Positions 48,552 through 62,463 of a DNA stretch of 64,000 bases are shown one piece after another (within the stretch, counting starts at the first letter, position 1; each line of letters begins with the position of its first letter). The DNA is from Octopus sinensis (taxonomy: Eukaryota), in NCBI RefSeq assembly GCF_006345805.1, contig NC_043026.1, forward strand, positions 10,106,001-10,170,000. Reading direction: 5' to 3'. Both the position numbers and the translations under genes were made by a program. The notes below the pieces were generated by a model. That model saw only the letters and a list, made by a program, of their open reading frames with translations. It had not been told where the DNA came from and did no database searches.

Positions 48552-49514
48552 TCTGAATGGTTTCTTAGTTTCTATGTCTTTGTAATATTCTTGTTTTATG
48601 TCCTGGAGATTATGAATAAAGAATTTCGAATATTTTAGGGTTTTTTTTTCTTTTGTTTTTCAGTTTTCGCTTCCCTTGAATTGAGTATAAAAATGTAGAT
48701 CAATATACCTATTTTTGAAAAGTTTAATTTTGACAGTTTCAAAATCTGTGATGAGAATAGAAAAGACCTTTCTATTTGTCTGCTTCTTATGATTTTTCAA
48801 TATTCCAATGATAAACTATTCCTCTTTCTACATAGTTACAACAATCTCTCACTCTGTATATGAAAGCATATATACACACATGTATATATATCTTTGACCA
48901 GAGCGCTACTAAAAACTTTCTTTCAGCTCCGTGCCTTCAACAAGCATAGATCGACTTCCCTGTCTTTCGCAAGCCGATTTTTCACAAGCATTCTAACTAA
49001 TTTTTCCACCGTCTAGGCCTAAAAAGCCCTTACTGTTGGTTCCCTGTCCTATTATTCCTTACTTGTGTTGTTTTTTCTACAGTTTTTTCTTCATTTGTAT
49101 TGCTTTAACGTCCTGTTCTTGTCACTTGTTTTACCCGTCTGCAAAAGAATTTTATTTAATTCCTTTTGCAGGAAGGACTGTTTCGGCCTGGCCGTGTTCT
49201 GCCCTTACCTTCGAAACACGCATTGAGTCGAACCAGGGGCAGCTGATGAAGGAGAATTTTCCTTGTATTGTTTCTCTTGTACTCTGTTTTTTCGTTGTTA
49301 AAAAAAGTCCGTTTCCTTGTTTGTTTTTGTTTTCCTTTTCTCGTTTTGTTCTACATTTATTTGTGGTGTCCTGTACTCACATATATATATATATGCTTGT
49401 ATATATACATGTAGATGTAAGTATGTACATATATGTATGTATATATGCATATATTTTTATTTATTATATTGTTATATGACCGAACGCACACGTCATTTCT
49501 CTTATCCAAGTAAG

Positions 49515-49555
<41 letters not shown>

Positions 49556-49585
49556 GTGTATATATGCTTTCGTCACCTTCACATA

Positions 49586-50023
49586 GAAGCCCCACCCCAT
49601 CCAAAGTGCCTTGGATCGCAGGACGGCCTGCTGTGCTTACCTTGGATCGTAGGGCCACCTGCTGTGCTTGCGGAGACCTACTGAGTCAAGTACACCAAAA
49701 TAAAAAAATCAAATGGAAATTGTAGTTGTGATACCTGTGCCGGCGGCACGTAAAAAGCACCATCCGAACGTGGCCGATACCAGTGCCGCACTGACTGGCT
49801 TCTGTGCCGGTGGCACGTGAAAATTACCAACCGATCGTGACCGTTGGCACGTAAATAGCACCCACTACACTTACGGAGTGGTTGGCGTTAGGAAGGACAT
49901 CCAGCTGTAGAAACTCTGCCAGACCAGACTGGAGCCTGGTGTAGACTCCTGGCTTCCCAGACCCTGGTGGAACCGTCCAATCCATGCTAGCATGGAAAAC
50001 GGACTTTCAACGATGATGATGAT
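49586..50023 (+). mobile_element. RTE 3' UTR-type repeat with (GAT)n tail
   Basis: Ends ccatgctagcatggaaaacggactttcaacgatgatgatgat. Confidence 0.85.
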
Positions 50024-50450
50024 ATATAAGGCAAATGATATACTGTAGCTGTTCGCCACACATTCATACAATCACGTAATCATAAGTATACGAACATGTG
50101 TAGTTTGTATAAAATATGTATTTTATTCAAACATGAACAGGATATTTCTACAAAAAGAGAAAGAGAGGGAAAAACATGTCTAGGTAATACCTTATTTTCA
50201 TAGAATGATTTAAGGCAGATACCACGGATGAGTTAAAATATTTGGGCCAAGCTGGCAATGAATGGACCAATCAAGAAGGAATAGAAAGGGCATTGTGAGT
50301 AGCGACGTATAACAACATCCGAGACGATGATCAATACAGCCAGGTATAAATACTCGCGCAAACACAAAGACCTCCTAACAGCAGGTATACTGTTGATTAA
50401 AGGGAGGTAAAGCAGAGCAGGTGCCCTCAGTATTTTGGTGAAAGGGTTAG

Positions 50451-50618
50451 GCATGCGCATTGAGCGTACTTCTTACTTCATGTTCATATCTGGTTTGAAT
50501 GTCCTGGGCTTTGATTTCTCTTAATCAACTGATTAATACGCTAATAATACTTATAATTCATTTTCCAACTACCAGATAGATATATATATAACAACTCTAT
50601 CCTTTGTGAAACATTTCC
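50451..50618 (+). promoter_or_regulatory. putative promoter motif and non-coding exon 1 of Z6
   Basis: CCAAT at 50267, GCATGCGCA at 50451-50459, donor at 50619. Confidence 0.72.
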
Positions 50619-51174
50619 GTAAGTATTAAACAAGGAAAATATTCGTTGTTTTTGATTCTGTAGACTTTCGGTTTTTCGCGCGTCGATTCTTTGTGTCTGA
50701 TTTGTGCGGGATTTGGCTGCTATTTCTAGCGGAGAAAGCTATCTCGTACAATCTCCTTCGTTGCCAGGTCAGTTTGTAGTGTTTTAGTTTGAGAAATAGT
50801 CTGGAATACACTCCAACCACTGAAATGGTCAGAAAGCGGCATAACTACAGATGTGTACCCCATTGACTTTGTTGGCGGATAACTTTGAGGAAAAGGGATA
50901 TTTTTAAACGAAATTTTCAAAATATATCGCTTAAATGCTGTATATTCAGAATATGTAGGGATTTATGGGAACGAATTTTCCCCCCTAATAACTTTCAGAA
51001 AAACGGGAATCTTTTAATGAAAGTTTATACCTTCGGAACGGCATGGATTACGATTATATGAAGAACTTTCTGGGGAAATTGTTTTCCAAGCGATGGGGAC
51101 AAGAGTATCTGATCAAGAAAAACACATGTTGGGATTTCCTAGATCATACGAGCTTCATTTATTTCAAGCTAATG

Positions 51175-51620
51175 CATGTCCTTGGCAGTCACCGCCCATG
51201 TTTCTCTGCCATGTAGCATAGCTGTTCGCACACACGTGTCATACCGTCTACCTTTCACTCTGAGTGAGAGGCCCTTTGTTACCGGCAGACACAGGAGGTC
51301 TCTGAACTTTGCCGAAGCTATTCTTATTCTAGTAGCTATTAGCTACTTCTAGTTTTTCCTCCTGGCTTGTGATGGAGGCTGTTCTCTGCTCATTTTCAGT
51401 GTTTATTGCCCCTGTGCATCTGCCACACACAATAACTATCTTCCCAGTTAACCTTCTTTTGATATTACTGCACCACTTATGTATCGAAAGCTTACACTGG
51501 GTACATCTTATGGAGTTTCTGCCTGCACCTTTCCTACACATCGAGCAGGGCCATCTACCTGAAAGGATTTGTGATTTGTCTGCCTTCCTACTTACTAAGA
51601 CTTTGCTTTTGCTAGGTTGA
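51175..51620 (-). mobile_element. RTE RT fragment with a Cys-rich insert, in Z6 intron 1
   Basis: CRKGAGRNSIRCTQCKLSIHKWCSNIKRRLTGKIVIVCGRC...KLEVANS followed by RIRIASAKF..LL...KGLSLRVKGR. Confidence 0.85.
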
Positions 51621-52820
51621 CTCTAAGGCCCTTCGATTCTAGATCTTGCTTTCACACCTGAAACTTCTACAGTGGTACTTCTGGGAGTGACTCAGCTATT
51701 GGAGCAAGGTCATCAGCACAAAGGATCTCTCAGGGGCAGCCTGTCTTGAATTCCTATGTTATTTCCTGGAAGACTATGATAAATAAGAGGTGGCTGAGGA
51801 CTGATCCTTGGTGGACCCCTACTCCTACCCAGTATAGTGATGATTTATTTACATATCTTGAGCATGCACAGCAACACAAATTATGAGATTGGGAATAACT
51901 ATTCACGAATCTCGTTTCGTGCATCAATAACTCTTCTGTTTTCTCATAAATGTTATTATTTTCATCTTACATAAAATACTTGTACAGTTTCCCTGTTATA
52001 TTAAATATCTGTACATTTCTGTATTGGAAACATTTCTTATATTACATTCATTGTTTGCATGGAATCCTGGGATGTCACTTGTTGTCACTCCAGGTTTCAA
52101 TCACAGAACACTTTCATGTTTTTGGGGGCAATTTACTTTCACTATTTTATAAGACTAAACTACATGTTAACCCAATTCTCTTTCCCCTTTTCACTTGAAA
52201 ATGCAACATAACTTTCTTTTCAACCTGTTTCCATTTTTATCCACAGAGACAAAAAAACTAAACGAATCTTCAATCATTAGTAGAACTATGAAATTTACCC
52301 TGAAATTAAGATTACAGGGTGAACAGAAAATCATGGGTATAAAATGATGTGATGTTAAATTTAATAAATCCAAATATTCTGTTGTTAAGGGAAATGTTTA
52401 TTTCTACAGTTTATCTCAATAGAAATGAATCTGTATTTTTTGAGTAGCCTCTACATCTTACACTGTTGTTTCTATCTGATTTCAGGACATCAGATGACAT
52501 TGACATAACGGAAGGAACATCCTCAATATCTACCATGTTTTAAGGAATAAAGGAAATTATTATACAAGACAGATGTATAGCATTGTTTCTAGAAATCTGT
52601 GGAAGAATTCCTGTGAAACATTTCTGAACATCACTGACTGAAGCATGAAGAAGAGTGGTTCCTGTTCTGATGAAACTTGGATAAATTTATGTAATTGCTG
52701 CTAGAGAAAGGTAACCCTGGACAGAAATACAGCTGTAGTAGGAGCATTAGTAAGGAATAAAGTGTAAGAAGAAAGCAGGAAAAATATTTAAACTGGGATT
52801 TGTGAGGAAAAAGAGTGGAA

Positions 52821-54059
52821 ATGAGTGAGAAAGGTATAGAACTGATTTCCTCTGAACCCATGACGAAAGAGGGAAGGAAATTGTCATACGAGTGTGATGT
52901 CTGTAAAAAGGTCTTTTCCCTAAAATGTAAGCTAATTTCTCACAAACGCATTCATACAAGAGAGAAACCGTTTCATTGTGAGGTCTGTGGTAAATCTTTC
53001 ACTTACAGTAGTTACGTAATTAGACACAAACGTAGTCATACAGGTGAGAAACCATATCGCTGTGATGTCTGTGGTAAATCATTCTCTCGGAGTGGTCATT
53101 TAGCTACACATATACGTATTCATACAGGTGAGAAACCATATCATTGTGATGTCTGTGGTAACTCATTCTCTGACAGTGGTCACTTAACTGATCACAAACG
53201 TATTCATACAGGAGAGAAACCGTATCATTGTGATATCTGTGGTAAATCATTCTCTCAGAGGAGTAACCTAACTTCACACAGACGTATTCATATGGGAGAA
53301 ACACCATATCATTGTGATATTTGTGGTAAATCATTCTCTCAAAGTTATTCCTTAACATATCACAAACGTATTCATACAGGGGAGAAGCCATATCACTGTG
53401 ACATCTGTGGTAAATCATTCTCTAAAAGTGAACCCTTAAGAAATCACAAGCGTATTCATACAGGAGAGAAGCCATATCGCTGTGACATCTGTGGTAAATC
53501 ATTCTCTAACAGTAGTCACTTAACTAGACATAAACGTATTCATACAGGGGAGAAGCCATATCATTGTGATATGTGTGGTAAATCATTCTCTCAAAGTTTT
53601 CAATTTACTTTACATAAACGTGTTCATACAGGAGAGAACCCATATCCTTGTGATATCTGTGGTAAATCATTCTCTGGTAATTCATCGTTAGTTACTCACA
53701 AACGTATTCATACAGGGGAGAAGCCATTTCAATGTGATATCTGTGGTAAATCATTCTCTCGGAGTACTCACTTAACTAGACATAAGTATACCCATACAGG
53801 CGAGAACGCATGGAAGTGTGATATCTGTGGTAAATCATTCTCTCAAAATAGTGACTTAAGGATACACATACGTACTCATACAGGAGAGAAACCGTATCAT
53901 TGTGACATCTGTGGAAAGTCATTCTCTGACAATAGTGCCTTGATTTCGCACAAGCGTGTTCATACGAAGGAGAAGCCATATTGCTGTGATGTCTGTGGTA
54001 AATCATTCTCTAGAAGTGATCATTTAACTAAACACCGTCGTACCCATGGAAAAAAGTGA
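52821..54059 (+). CDS. C2H2 zinc-finger protein Z6 (14 fingers)
   Basis: The track start at 52815 is GTG; the first ATG is at 52821. Acceptor at 52484-52485. Frameshifted finger relics follow the stop. Confidence 0.94.
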   Translation: MSEKGIELISSEPMTKEGRKLSYECDVCKKVFSLKCKLISHKRIHTREKPFHCEVCGKSFTYSSYVIRHKRSHTGEKPYRCDVCGKSFSRSGHLATHIRIHTGEKPYHCDVCGNSFSDSGHLTDHKRIHTGEKPYHCDICGKSFSQRSNLTSHRRIHMGETPYHCDICGKSFSQSYSLTYHKRIHTGEKPYHCDICGKSFSKSEPLRNHKRIHTGEKPYRCDICGKSFSNSSHLTRHKRIHTGEKPYHCDMCGKSFSQSFQFTLHKRVHTGENPYPCDICGKSFSGNSSLVTHKRIHTGEKPFQCDICGKSFSRSTHLTRHKYTHTGENAWKCDICGKSFSQNSDLRIHIRTHTGEKPYHCDICGKSFSDNSALISHKRVHTKEKPYCCDVCGKSFSRSDHLTKHRRTHGKK

Positions 54060-54734
54060 CTGTATCATTGTGATATCTGGTAAATCATTCTCCAAGAGTG
54101 CTTCGTCAACTACACACATATGTATTCATACTGGAGAGACACTATATCACTATGGTAAATAATTTATTTTCAGTGGGGCCATGATATTGCACAAACAGTA
54201 CTAGCAACAGCCACGCCCAAATGTTGTTCTTTTTTACGTGCCACCGGCGCAAGTGCCAGTAAGGCGACACTGGTAACGATCACGCTCAAATGGTGCTTTT
54301 TACAAGGCTTAAATTCCTCACAAGAAATAACTACAAGACCCACACCAGGAATTCCATTCATCTCCCAGCTCAAAGAGGCAAGCCCCACCCTGTGCTTGAC
54401 TCAAGGAGAAAAAGCAACCCCCAATATCAGCAGCGGGGCCTAATAGCATTTGCTGGTTTATCCCCACCTTATCATGTGGGTTCCTTACCCTTTTTATTAA
54501 CATCAATTCACTCATCCATCCACAAACACTCTCCAAGCTTTCCTATCATTTATAAACTCTCTTGACTCTCTCACACCATCACTGCTAACCAGCAAAGCTT
54601 TCCTCACTCCATCCATCCACCCAGACTAAGGTCTGCCTCTGGTTCTGTTGCCTACCACCTCTGTCTTCACCCCACCTTACCATATGCTCCTCATACATGT
54701 AGCCAAACCACCTCAAGATATATGCATATATATA

Positions 54735-54828
<94 letters not shown>

Positions 54829-55586
54829 AACACACATGTATATATATATATATAATATATAAGTAATTGAGTGATACTACACACTGACTGGTCAGAATAC
54901 AGTTTGCAAAACCTAGTAATCTGGAGCCTACACAGCTGTATTTAAGGCACAGATTTAATCATCTCGCTAAAGTCAAAAGTTGTGAAGCATGACTGTCACC
55001 ACTACTACGTGAACCTGAAGATTGCAGAATTTAATGCATGAAAGTACTAATTCAATCACAATGAACATCTAACATTCTATTATTTTATTTTATTTTTTAT
55101 ATTATATTATCTTATATTATATCATTATAAGATTGTAAATAAAACATGAAAACCAGACAAGGTTGGAATTCTTTTCATTAATATATATATATACACATAC
55201 ATATATATATATATAAATATATATATTAACCCATGCTAGCATGGAAAACGGACGTTAAACGACGGTGATGAGGAGGAGGATTATATATATATATATATAT
55301 ACATACATACACAAACACATATTTCAAGTGCCCTATATATCTTATTTACTGATCTGACAACCCTAGTTTTGACCCATCTGCAACCAGAAAAAGGTTAAGA
55401 GGTCAATTCCTTCTCATTCACTGCCAGGTGCTGAGAGAAGAGAACAATATACCATTAATTTGATTGAGAATTAATAAAAACGTGGATTCGGTTTCAAATA
55501 CGCTATGCTATACTGTAGCTGTTCGCTACCCATTCATACAATCACGTAATCATAAGTATACGAACATGTGTAGTTTGTATAAAATA

Positions 55587-56093
55587 CTAGCAGTATCGCC
55601 CGGCGTTGCTCGGGTTTGTAAGGGAAATAACTGTATAAGCATTTTTAGAGAGTTACTTCCCTTATAAATTCGGGCTTTCTTAGCCATTTTTGTTTTGGTG
55701 TCTTCAAGCCATGAAGTCGTTGTTCTAAAAGAACGCTGGTTTCCTTCACAACGCATTACGACGTTGATTTCTTTACACTCCCTTCCCCCACAGCTTCACG
55801 AGGGAGGGAAGGGGGAGAAGCAAACAGGTGCAGCTGTGAGCGTGGACGCCAACTCCGCCGCCATCGACACACGATGCATTTTATGCATTAAAATGGAATA
55901 AAAAATGATGTTAAATTATTTTTAAAATCGTAGACTCATCGTTGACGCGCGCTAATAGTCAGACGGGCTTGATATGAATCACGACTATAAGATACCCGAA
56001 TTTGGTTAAACTGCACCGCAAAATGTGGGAGGAGTTAGGAATCTAAATCGAAGGGGACAGACACTCACACAACTAGAGTTTTATATATATAGA
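55587..56093 (-). mobile_element. complete 507-bp non-autonomous Helitron
   Basis: Minus strand A|TCTATATATATAAAA...ccgggcgatactgCTAG|T, with no TSD. The empty paralogous site aaaata|tgtatt is present near 45718 and 50117. Confidence 0.95.
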
Positions 56094-56366
56094 TGTATTT
56101 TATTCAAACATGAACAGGATATTTCTACAAAAACAGAAAGAGAGGGAAAAACATGTCTAGGTAATACCTTATTTTCATAGAATGATTTAAGGCAGATACC
56201 ACGGATGAGTTAAAATATTTGGGCCAAGCTGGCAATGAATGGACCAATCAAGAGAGAAATAGAAAGGGCATTGTGAGTAGCGACGTATAACAACATCCGA
56301 GACGATGATCAATACAGCCAGGTATAAATACTCACACAAACACAGAAAGACCTCCTAACAGCAGGT

Positions 56367-56751
56367 GGCGAACTGGCAGAATCGTTAGCACGGCCGGCGA
56401 AATGCTTAGCGGTATTTCGTCTGTCGAGGTCGACTTTGCCTTTCATCCTTTCGGGGTCGATTAAATAAGTACCAGTGTACCACTGGGGTCGATATAATCG
56501 ACTTAATCCGTTTGTCTGTCCTTGTTTGTCTTCTCTGTGTTTAGCCCCTTGTGGGTAGTAAAGAAATAGGTATTTCGTCTGTCGTTACGTTCTGAGTTCA
56601 AATTCCGCCGAGGTCGACTTTGCCTTTCATCCTTTCGGGGTCGATAAATTAAGTACCAGTTACGCACTGAGGTCGAAGCAATCGACTTAATACCTATGTC
56701 TGTCTTTGTTTGTCCCCTCTGTGTTTAGCCCCTTGTGGATAATAAAGAAAT
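56367..56751 (+). mobile_element. dimeric SINE family C insertion in the Z7 promoter
   Basis: Absent from the paralogous sites (cagcaggtatactg near 45981 and 50380). The body gaggtcgactttgcctttcatcctttcggggtcgat...aaagaaatag occurs twice, and aggt flanks both ends. Confidence 0.92.
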
Positions 56752-56819
56752 AGGTATACTGTTGATTAAAGGGAGGTAAAGCAGAGCAGGTGCCCTCAGT
56801 ATTTTGGTGAAAGGGTTAG

Positions 56820-56987
56820 GCATGCGCATTGAGCGTACTTCTTACTTCATGTTCATATCTGGTTTGAATGTCCTGGGCTTTGATTTCTCTTAATCAACTG
56901 ATTAATACGCTAATAATACTTATAATTCATTTTCCAACTACCAGATAGATATATATATAACAATTCTATCCTTTGTGAAACATTTCC
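56820..56987 (+). promoter_or_regulatory. putative promoter motif and non-coding exon 1 of Z7
   Basis: GCATGCGCA at 56820-56828, donor at 56988. Confidence 0.72.
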
Positions 56988-57544
56988 GTAAGTATTAAAC
57001 AAGGAAAATATTCGTTGTTTTTGATTCTGTAGACTTTCGGTTTTTCGCGCGTCGATTCTTTGAGTCTGATTTGTGCGGGATTTGGCTGCTATTTCTAGCG
57101 GAGAAAGCTATCTCGTACAATCTCCTTCGTTGCCAGGTCAGTTTGTAGTGTTTTAGTTTGAGAAATAGTCTGGAATACACTCCAACCACTGAAATGGTCA
57201 GAAAGCGGCATAACTACAGATGTGTACCCCATTGACTTTGTTGGCGGATAACTTTGAGAAAAAGGGATACTTTTAAACGAAATTTTCAAAATATATCGCT
57301 TAAATGCTGTATATTCAGAATATGTAGGGATTTATGGGAACGAATTTTCCCCCCTAATAACTTTCAGAAAAACGGGAATCTTTTAATGAAAGTTTATACC
57401 TTCGGAACGGCATGGATTACGATTATATGAAGAACTTTCTGGGGAAATTGTTTTCCAAGCGATGGGGACAAGAGTATCTGATCAAGAAAAACACATGTTG
57501 GGATTTCCTAGATCATATGAGCTTCATTTATTTCAAGCTAATGC

Positions 57545-58050
57545 ATGTCCTTGGCAGTCACCGCCCATGTTTCTCTGCCATGTAGCATAGCTGTTCGCAC
57601 ACACGTGTCATACACTCTACCTTTCACTCTGAGTGAGAGGCCCTTTGTTACCGGCAGAGACAGGAGCTCTCTGAACTTTGCCGAGGCTATTCTTATTCTA
57701 GCAGCTACGCTCTCAGAGCACCCACCCTAACTGCTAAATTTGTCACCAAGGTAATGGAAGCTATTAGCTACTTCTAGTTTTTCCTCCTGGCTTGTGATGG
57801 AGGCTGTTCTCTGCTCATTTTCAGTGTTTATTGCCCCTGTGCATCTGCCACACACAATAACTATCTTCCCAGTTAACCTTCTTTTGATATTACTGCACCA
57901 CTTATGTATCGAAAGCTTACACTGGGTACATCTTATGGAGTTTCTGCCTGCACCTTTCCTACACATCGAGCAGGGCCATCTACCTGAAGGGATTTGTGAT
58001 TTGTCTGCCTTCCTACTTACTAAGACTTTGGCTTTTGCTAGGTTGACTCT
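57545..58050 (-). mobile_element. RTE RT fragment in Z7 intron 1 (paralog of 51175-51620, ~56 bp longer)
   Basis: ...KLEVANSFHYLGDKFSS.GCSESVAARIR; retains the segment deleted in the Z6 copy. Confidence 0.87.
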
Positions 58051-59245
58051 AAGGCCCTTCGATTCTAGATCTTGCTTTCACACCTGAAACTTCTACAGTG
58101 GTACTTCTGGGAGTGACTCAGCTATTGGAGCAAGGTCATCAGCACAAAGGATCTCTCAGGGGCAGCCTGTCTTGAATTCCTATGTTATTTCCTGGAAGAC
58201 TATGATAAATAAGAGGTGGCTGAGGACTGATCCTTGGTGGACCCCTACTCCTACCCAGTATAGTGATGATTTATTTACATATCTTGAGCATGCACAGCAA
58301 CACAAATTATGAGATTGGGAATAACTATTCACGAATCTCGTTTCGTGCATCAATAACTCTTCTGTTTTCTCATAAATGTTATTATTTTCATCTTACATAA
58401 AATACTTGTACAGTTTCCCTGTTATATTAAATATCTGTACATTTCTGTATTGGAAACATTTCTTATATTACATTCATTGTTTGCATGGAATCCTGGGATG
58501 TCACTTGTTGTCACTCCAGGTTTCAATCACAGAACACTTTCATGTTTTTGGGGGCAATTTACTTTCACTATTTTATAAGACTAAACTACATGTTAACCCA
58601 ATTCTCTTTCCCCTTTTCACTTGAAAATGCAACATAACTTTCTTTTCAACCTGTTTCCATTTTTATCCAGAGACAAAAAAAACTAAACGAATCTTCAATC
58701 ATTAGTAGAACTATGAAATTTACCCTGAAATTAAGATTACAGGGTGAACAGAAAATCATGGATATAAAATGATGTGATGTTAAATTTAATAAATCCAAAT
58801 ATTCTGTTGTTAAGGGAAATGTTTATTTCTACAGTTTATCTCAATAGAAATGAATCTGTATTTTTTGAGTAGCCTCTACATCTTACACTGTTGTTTCTAT
58901 CTGATTTCAGGACATCAGATGACATTGACATAACGGAAGGAACATCCTCAATATCTACCATGTTTTAAGGAATAAAGGAAATTATTATACAAGACAGATG
59001 TATAGCATTGTTTCTAGAAATCTGTGGAAGAATTCCTGTGAAACATTTCTGAACATCACTGACTGAAGCATGAAGAAGAGTGGTTCCTGTTCTGATGAAA
59101 CTTGGATAAATTTATGTAATTGCTGCTAGAGAAAGGTAACCCTGGACAGAAATACAGCTGTAGTAGGAGCATTAGTAAGGAATAAAGTGTAAGAAGAAAG
59201 CAGGAAAAATATTTAAACTGGGATTTGTGAGGAAAAAGAGTGGAA

Positions 59246-60484
59246 ATGAGTGAGAAAGGTATAGAACTGATTTCCTCTGAACCCATGACGAAAGAGGGAA
59301 GGAAATTGTCATACGAGTGTGATGTCTGTAAAAAGGTCTTTTCCCTAAAATGTAAGCTAATTTCTCACAAACGCATTCATACAAGAGAGAAACCGTTTCA
59401 TTGTGAGGTCTGTGGTAAATCTTTCACTTACAGTAGTTACGTAATTAGACACAAACGTAGTCATACAGGTGAGAAACCATATCGCTGTGATGTCTGTGGT
59501 AAATCATTCTCTCGGAGTGGTCATTTAGCTACACATATACGTATTCATACAGGTGAGAAACCATATCATTGTGATGTCTGTGGTAACTCATTCTCTGACA
59601 GTGGTCACTTAACTGATCACAAACGTATTCATACAGGAGAGAAACCGTATCATTGTGATATCTGTGGTAAATCATTCTCTCAGAGGAGTAACCTAACTTC
59701 ACACAGACGTATTCATATGGGAGAAACACCATATCATTGTGATATTTGTGGTAAATCATTCTCTCAAAGTTATTCCTTAACATATCACAAACGTATTCAT
59801 ACAGGGGAGAAGCCATATCACTGTGACATCTGTGGTAAATCATTCTCTAAAAGTGAACCCTTAAGAAATCACAAGCGTATTCATACAGGAGAGAAGCCAT
59901 ATCGCTGTGACATCTGTGGTAAATCATTCTCTAACAGTAGTCACTTAACTAGACATAAACGTATTCATACAGGGGAGAAGCCATATCATTGTGATATGTG
60001 TGGTAAATCATTCTCTCAAAGTTTTCAATTTACTTTACATAAACGTGTTCATACAGGAGAGAACCCATATCCTTGTGATATCTGTGGTAAATCATTCTCT
60101 GGTAATTCATCGTTAGTTACTCACAAACGTATTCATACAGGGGAGAAGCCATTTCAATGTGATATCTGTGGTAAATCATTCTCTCGGAGTACTCACTTAA
60201 CTAGACATAAGTATACCCATACAGGCGAGAACGCATGGAAGTGTGATATCTGTGGTAAATCATTCTCTCAAAATAGTGACTTAAGGATACACATACGTAC
60301 TCATACAGGAGAGAAACCGTATCATTGTGACATCTGTGGAAAGTCATTCTCTGACAATAGTGCCTTGATTTCGCACAAGCGTGTTCATACGAAGGAGAAG
60401 CCATATTGCTGTGATGTCTGTGGTAAATCATTCTCTAGAAGTGATCATTTAACTAAACACCGTCGTACCCATGGAAAAAAGTGA
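59246..60484 (+). CDS. C2H2 zinc-finger protein Z7 (14 fingers; protein identical to Z6)
   Basis: ATG at 59246 (the track start 59240 is GTG); acceptor at 58909-58910. Confidence 0.93.
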   Translation: MSEKGIELISSEPMTKEGRKLSYECDVCKKVFSLKCKLISHKRIHTREKPFHCEVCGKSFTYSSYVIRHKRSHTGEKPYRCDVCGKSFSRSGHLATHIRIHTGEKPYHCDVCGNSFSDSGHLTDHKRIHTGEKPYHCDICGKSFSQRSNLTSHRRIHMGETPYHCDICGKSFSQSYSLTYHKRIHTGEKPYHCDICGKSFSKSEPLRNHKRIHTGEKPYRCDICGKSFSNSSHLTRHKRIHTGEKPYHCDMCGKSFSQSFQFTLHKRVHTGENPYPCDICGKSFSGNSSLVTHKRIHTGEKPFQCDICGKSFSRSTHLTRHKYTHTGENAWKCDICGKSFSQNSDLRIHIRTHTGEKPYHCDICGKSFSDNSALISHKRVHTKEKPYCCDVCGKSFSRSDHLTKHRRTHGKK

Positions 60485-61164
60485 CTGTATCATTGTGATA
60501 TCTGGTAAATCATTCTCCAAGAGTGCTTCGTCAACTACACACATATGTATTCATACTGGAGAGACACTATATCACTATGGTAAATAATTTATTTTCAGTG
60601 GGGCCATGATATTGCACAAACAGTACTAGCAACAGCCACGCCCAAATGTTGTTCTTTTTTACGTGCCACCGGCGCAAGTGCCAGTAAGGCGACACTGGTA
60701 ACGATCACGCTCAAATGGTGCTTTTTACAAGGCTTAAATTCCTCACAAGAAATAACTACAAGACCCACACCAGGAATTCCATTCATCTCCCAGCTCAAAG
60801 AGGCAAGCCCCACCCTGTGCTTGACTCAAGGAGAAAAAGCAACCCCCAATATCAGCAGCGGGGCCTAATAGCATTTGCTGGTTTATCCCCACCTTATCAT
60901 GTGGGTTCCTTACCCTTTTTATTAACATCAATTCACTCATCCATCCACAAACACTCTCCAAGCTTTCCTATCATTTATAAACTCTCTTGACTCTCTCACA
61001 CCATCACTGCTAACCAGCAAAGCTTTCCTCACTCCATCCATCCACCCAGACTAAGGTCTGCCTCTGGTTCTGTTGCCTACCACCTCTGTCTTCACCCCAC
61101 CTTACCATATGCTCCTCATACATGTAGCCAAACCACCTCAAGATATATGCATATATATATATAT

Positions 61165-61197
<33 letters not shown>

Positions 61198-61956
61198 AAC
61201 ACACATGTATATATATATATATAATATATAAGTAATTGAGTGATACTACACACTGACTGGTCAGAATACAGTTTGCAAAACCTAGTAATCTGGAGCCTAC
61301 ACAGCTGTATTTAAGGCACAGATTTAATCATCTCGCTAAAGTCAAAAGTTGTGAAGCATGACTGTCACCACTACTACGTGAACCTGAAGATTGCAGAATT
61401 TAATGCATGAAAGTACTAATTCAATCACAATGAACATCTAACATTCTATTATTTTATTTTATTTTTTTATATTATATTATCTTATATTATATCATTATAA
61501 GATTGTAAATAAAACATGAAAACCAGACAAGGTTGGAATTCTTTTCATTAATATATATATATACACATACATATATATATATATAAATATATATATTAAC
61601 CCATGCTAGCATGGAAAACGGACGTTAAACGACGGTGATGAGGAGGAGGATTATATATATATATATATATACATACATACACAAACACATATTTCAAGTG
61701 CCCTATATATCTTATTTACTGATCTGACAACCCTAGTTTTGACCCATCTGCAACCAGAAAAAGGTTAAGAGGTCAATTCCTTCTCATTCACTGCCAGGTG
61801 CTGAGAGAAGAGAACAATATACCATTAATTTGATTGAGAATTAATAAAAACGTGGATTCGGTTTCAAATACGCTATGCTATACTGTAGCTGTTCGCTACC
61901 CATTCATACAATCACGTAATCATAAGTATACGAACATGTGTAGTTTGTATAAAATA

Positions 61957-62463
61957 CTAGCAGTATCGCCCGGCGTTGCTCGGGTTTGTAAGGGAAATAA
62001 CTGTATAAGCATTTTTAGAGAGTTACTTCCCTTATAAATTCGGGCTTTCTTAGCCATTTTTGTTTTGGTGTCTTCAAGCCATGAAGTCGTTGTTCTAAAA
62101 GAACGCTGGTTTCCTTCACAACGCATTACGACGTTGATTTCTTTACACTCCCTTCCCCCACAGCTTCACGAGGGAGGGAAGGGGGAGAAGCAAACAGGTG
62201 CAGCTGTGAGCGTGGACGCCAACTCCGCCGCCATCGACACACGATGCATTTTATGCATTAAAATGGAATAAAAAATGATGTTAAATTATTTTTAAAATCG
62301 TAGACTCATCGTTGACGCGCGCTAATAGTCAGACGGGCTTGATATGAATCACGACTATAAGATACCCGAATTTGGTTAAACTGCACCGCAAAATGTGGGA
62401 GGAGTTAGGAATCTAAATCGAAGGGGACAGACACTCACACAACTAGAGTTTTATATATATAGA
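61957..62463 (-). mobile_element. duplicate of the 507-bp Helitron
   Basis: Same termini and flanks as 55587-56093. Confidence 0.95.

Noticed and set aside
49170-49265. Third hammerhead candidate (ttcGAAACac...GTC...CTGATGAagg)
   Set aside because: Core words are present but helices I and III do not pair convincingly in any topology. It may be a Penelope-like relic, but was not called.
54060-54160. Additional coding fingers after the Z6 (and Z7) stop
   Set aside because: The relic has frameshifts and missing Cys/His ligands, so it is a decayed tail rather than a readthrough candidate.
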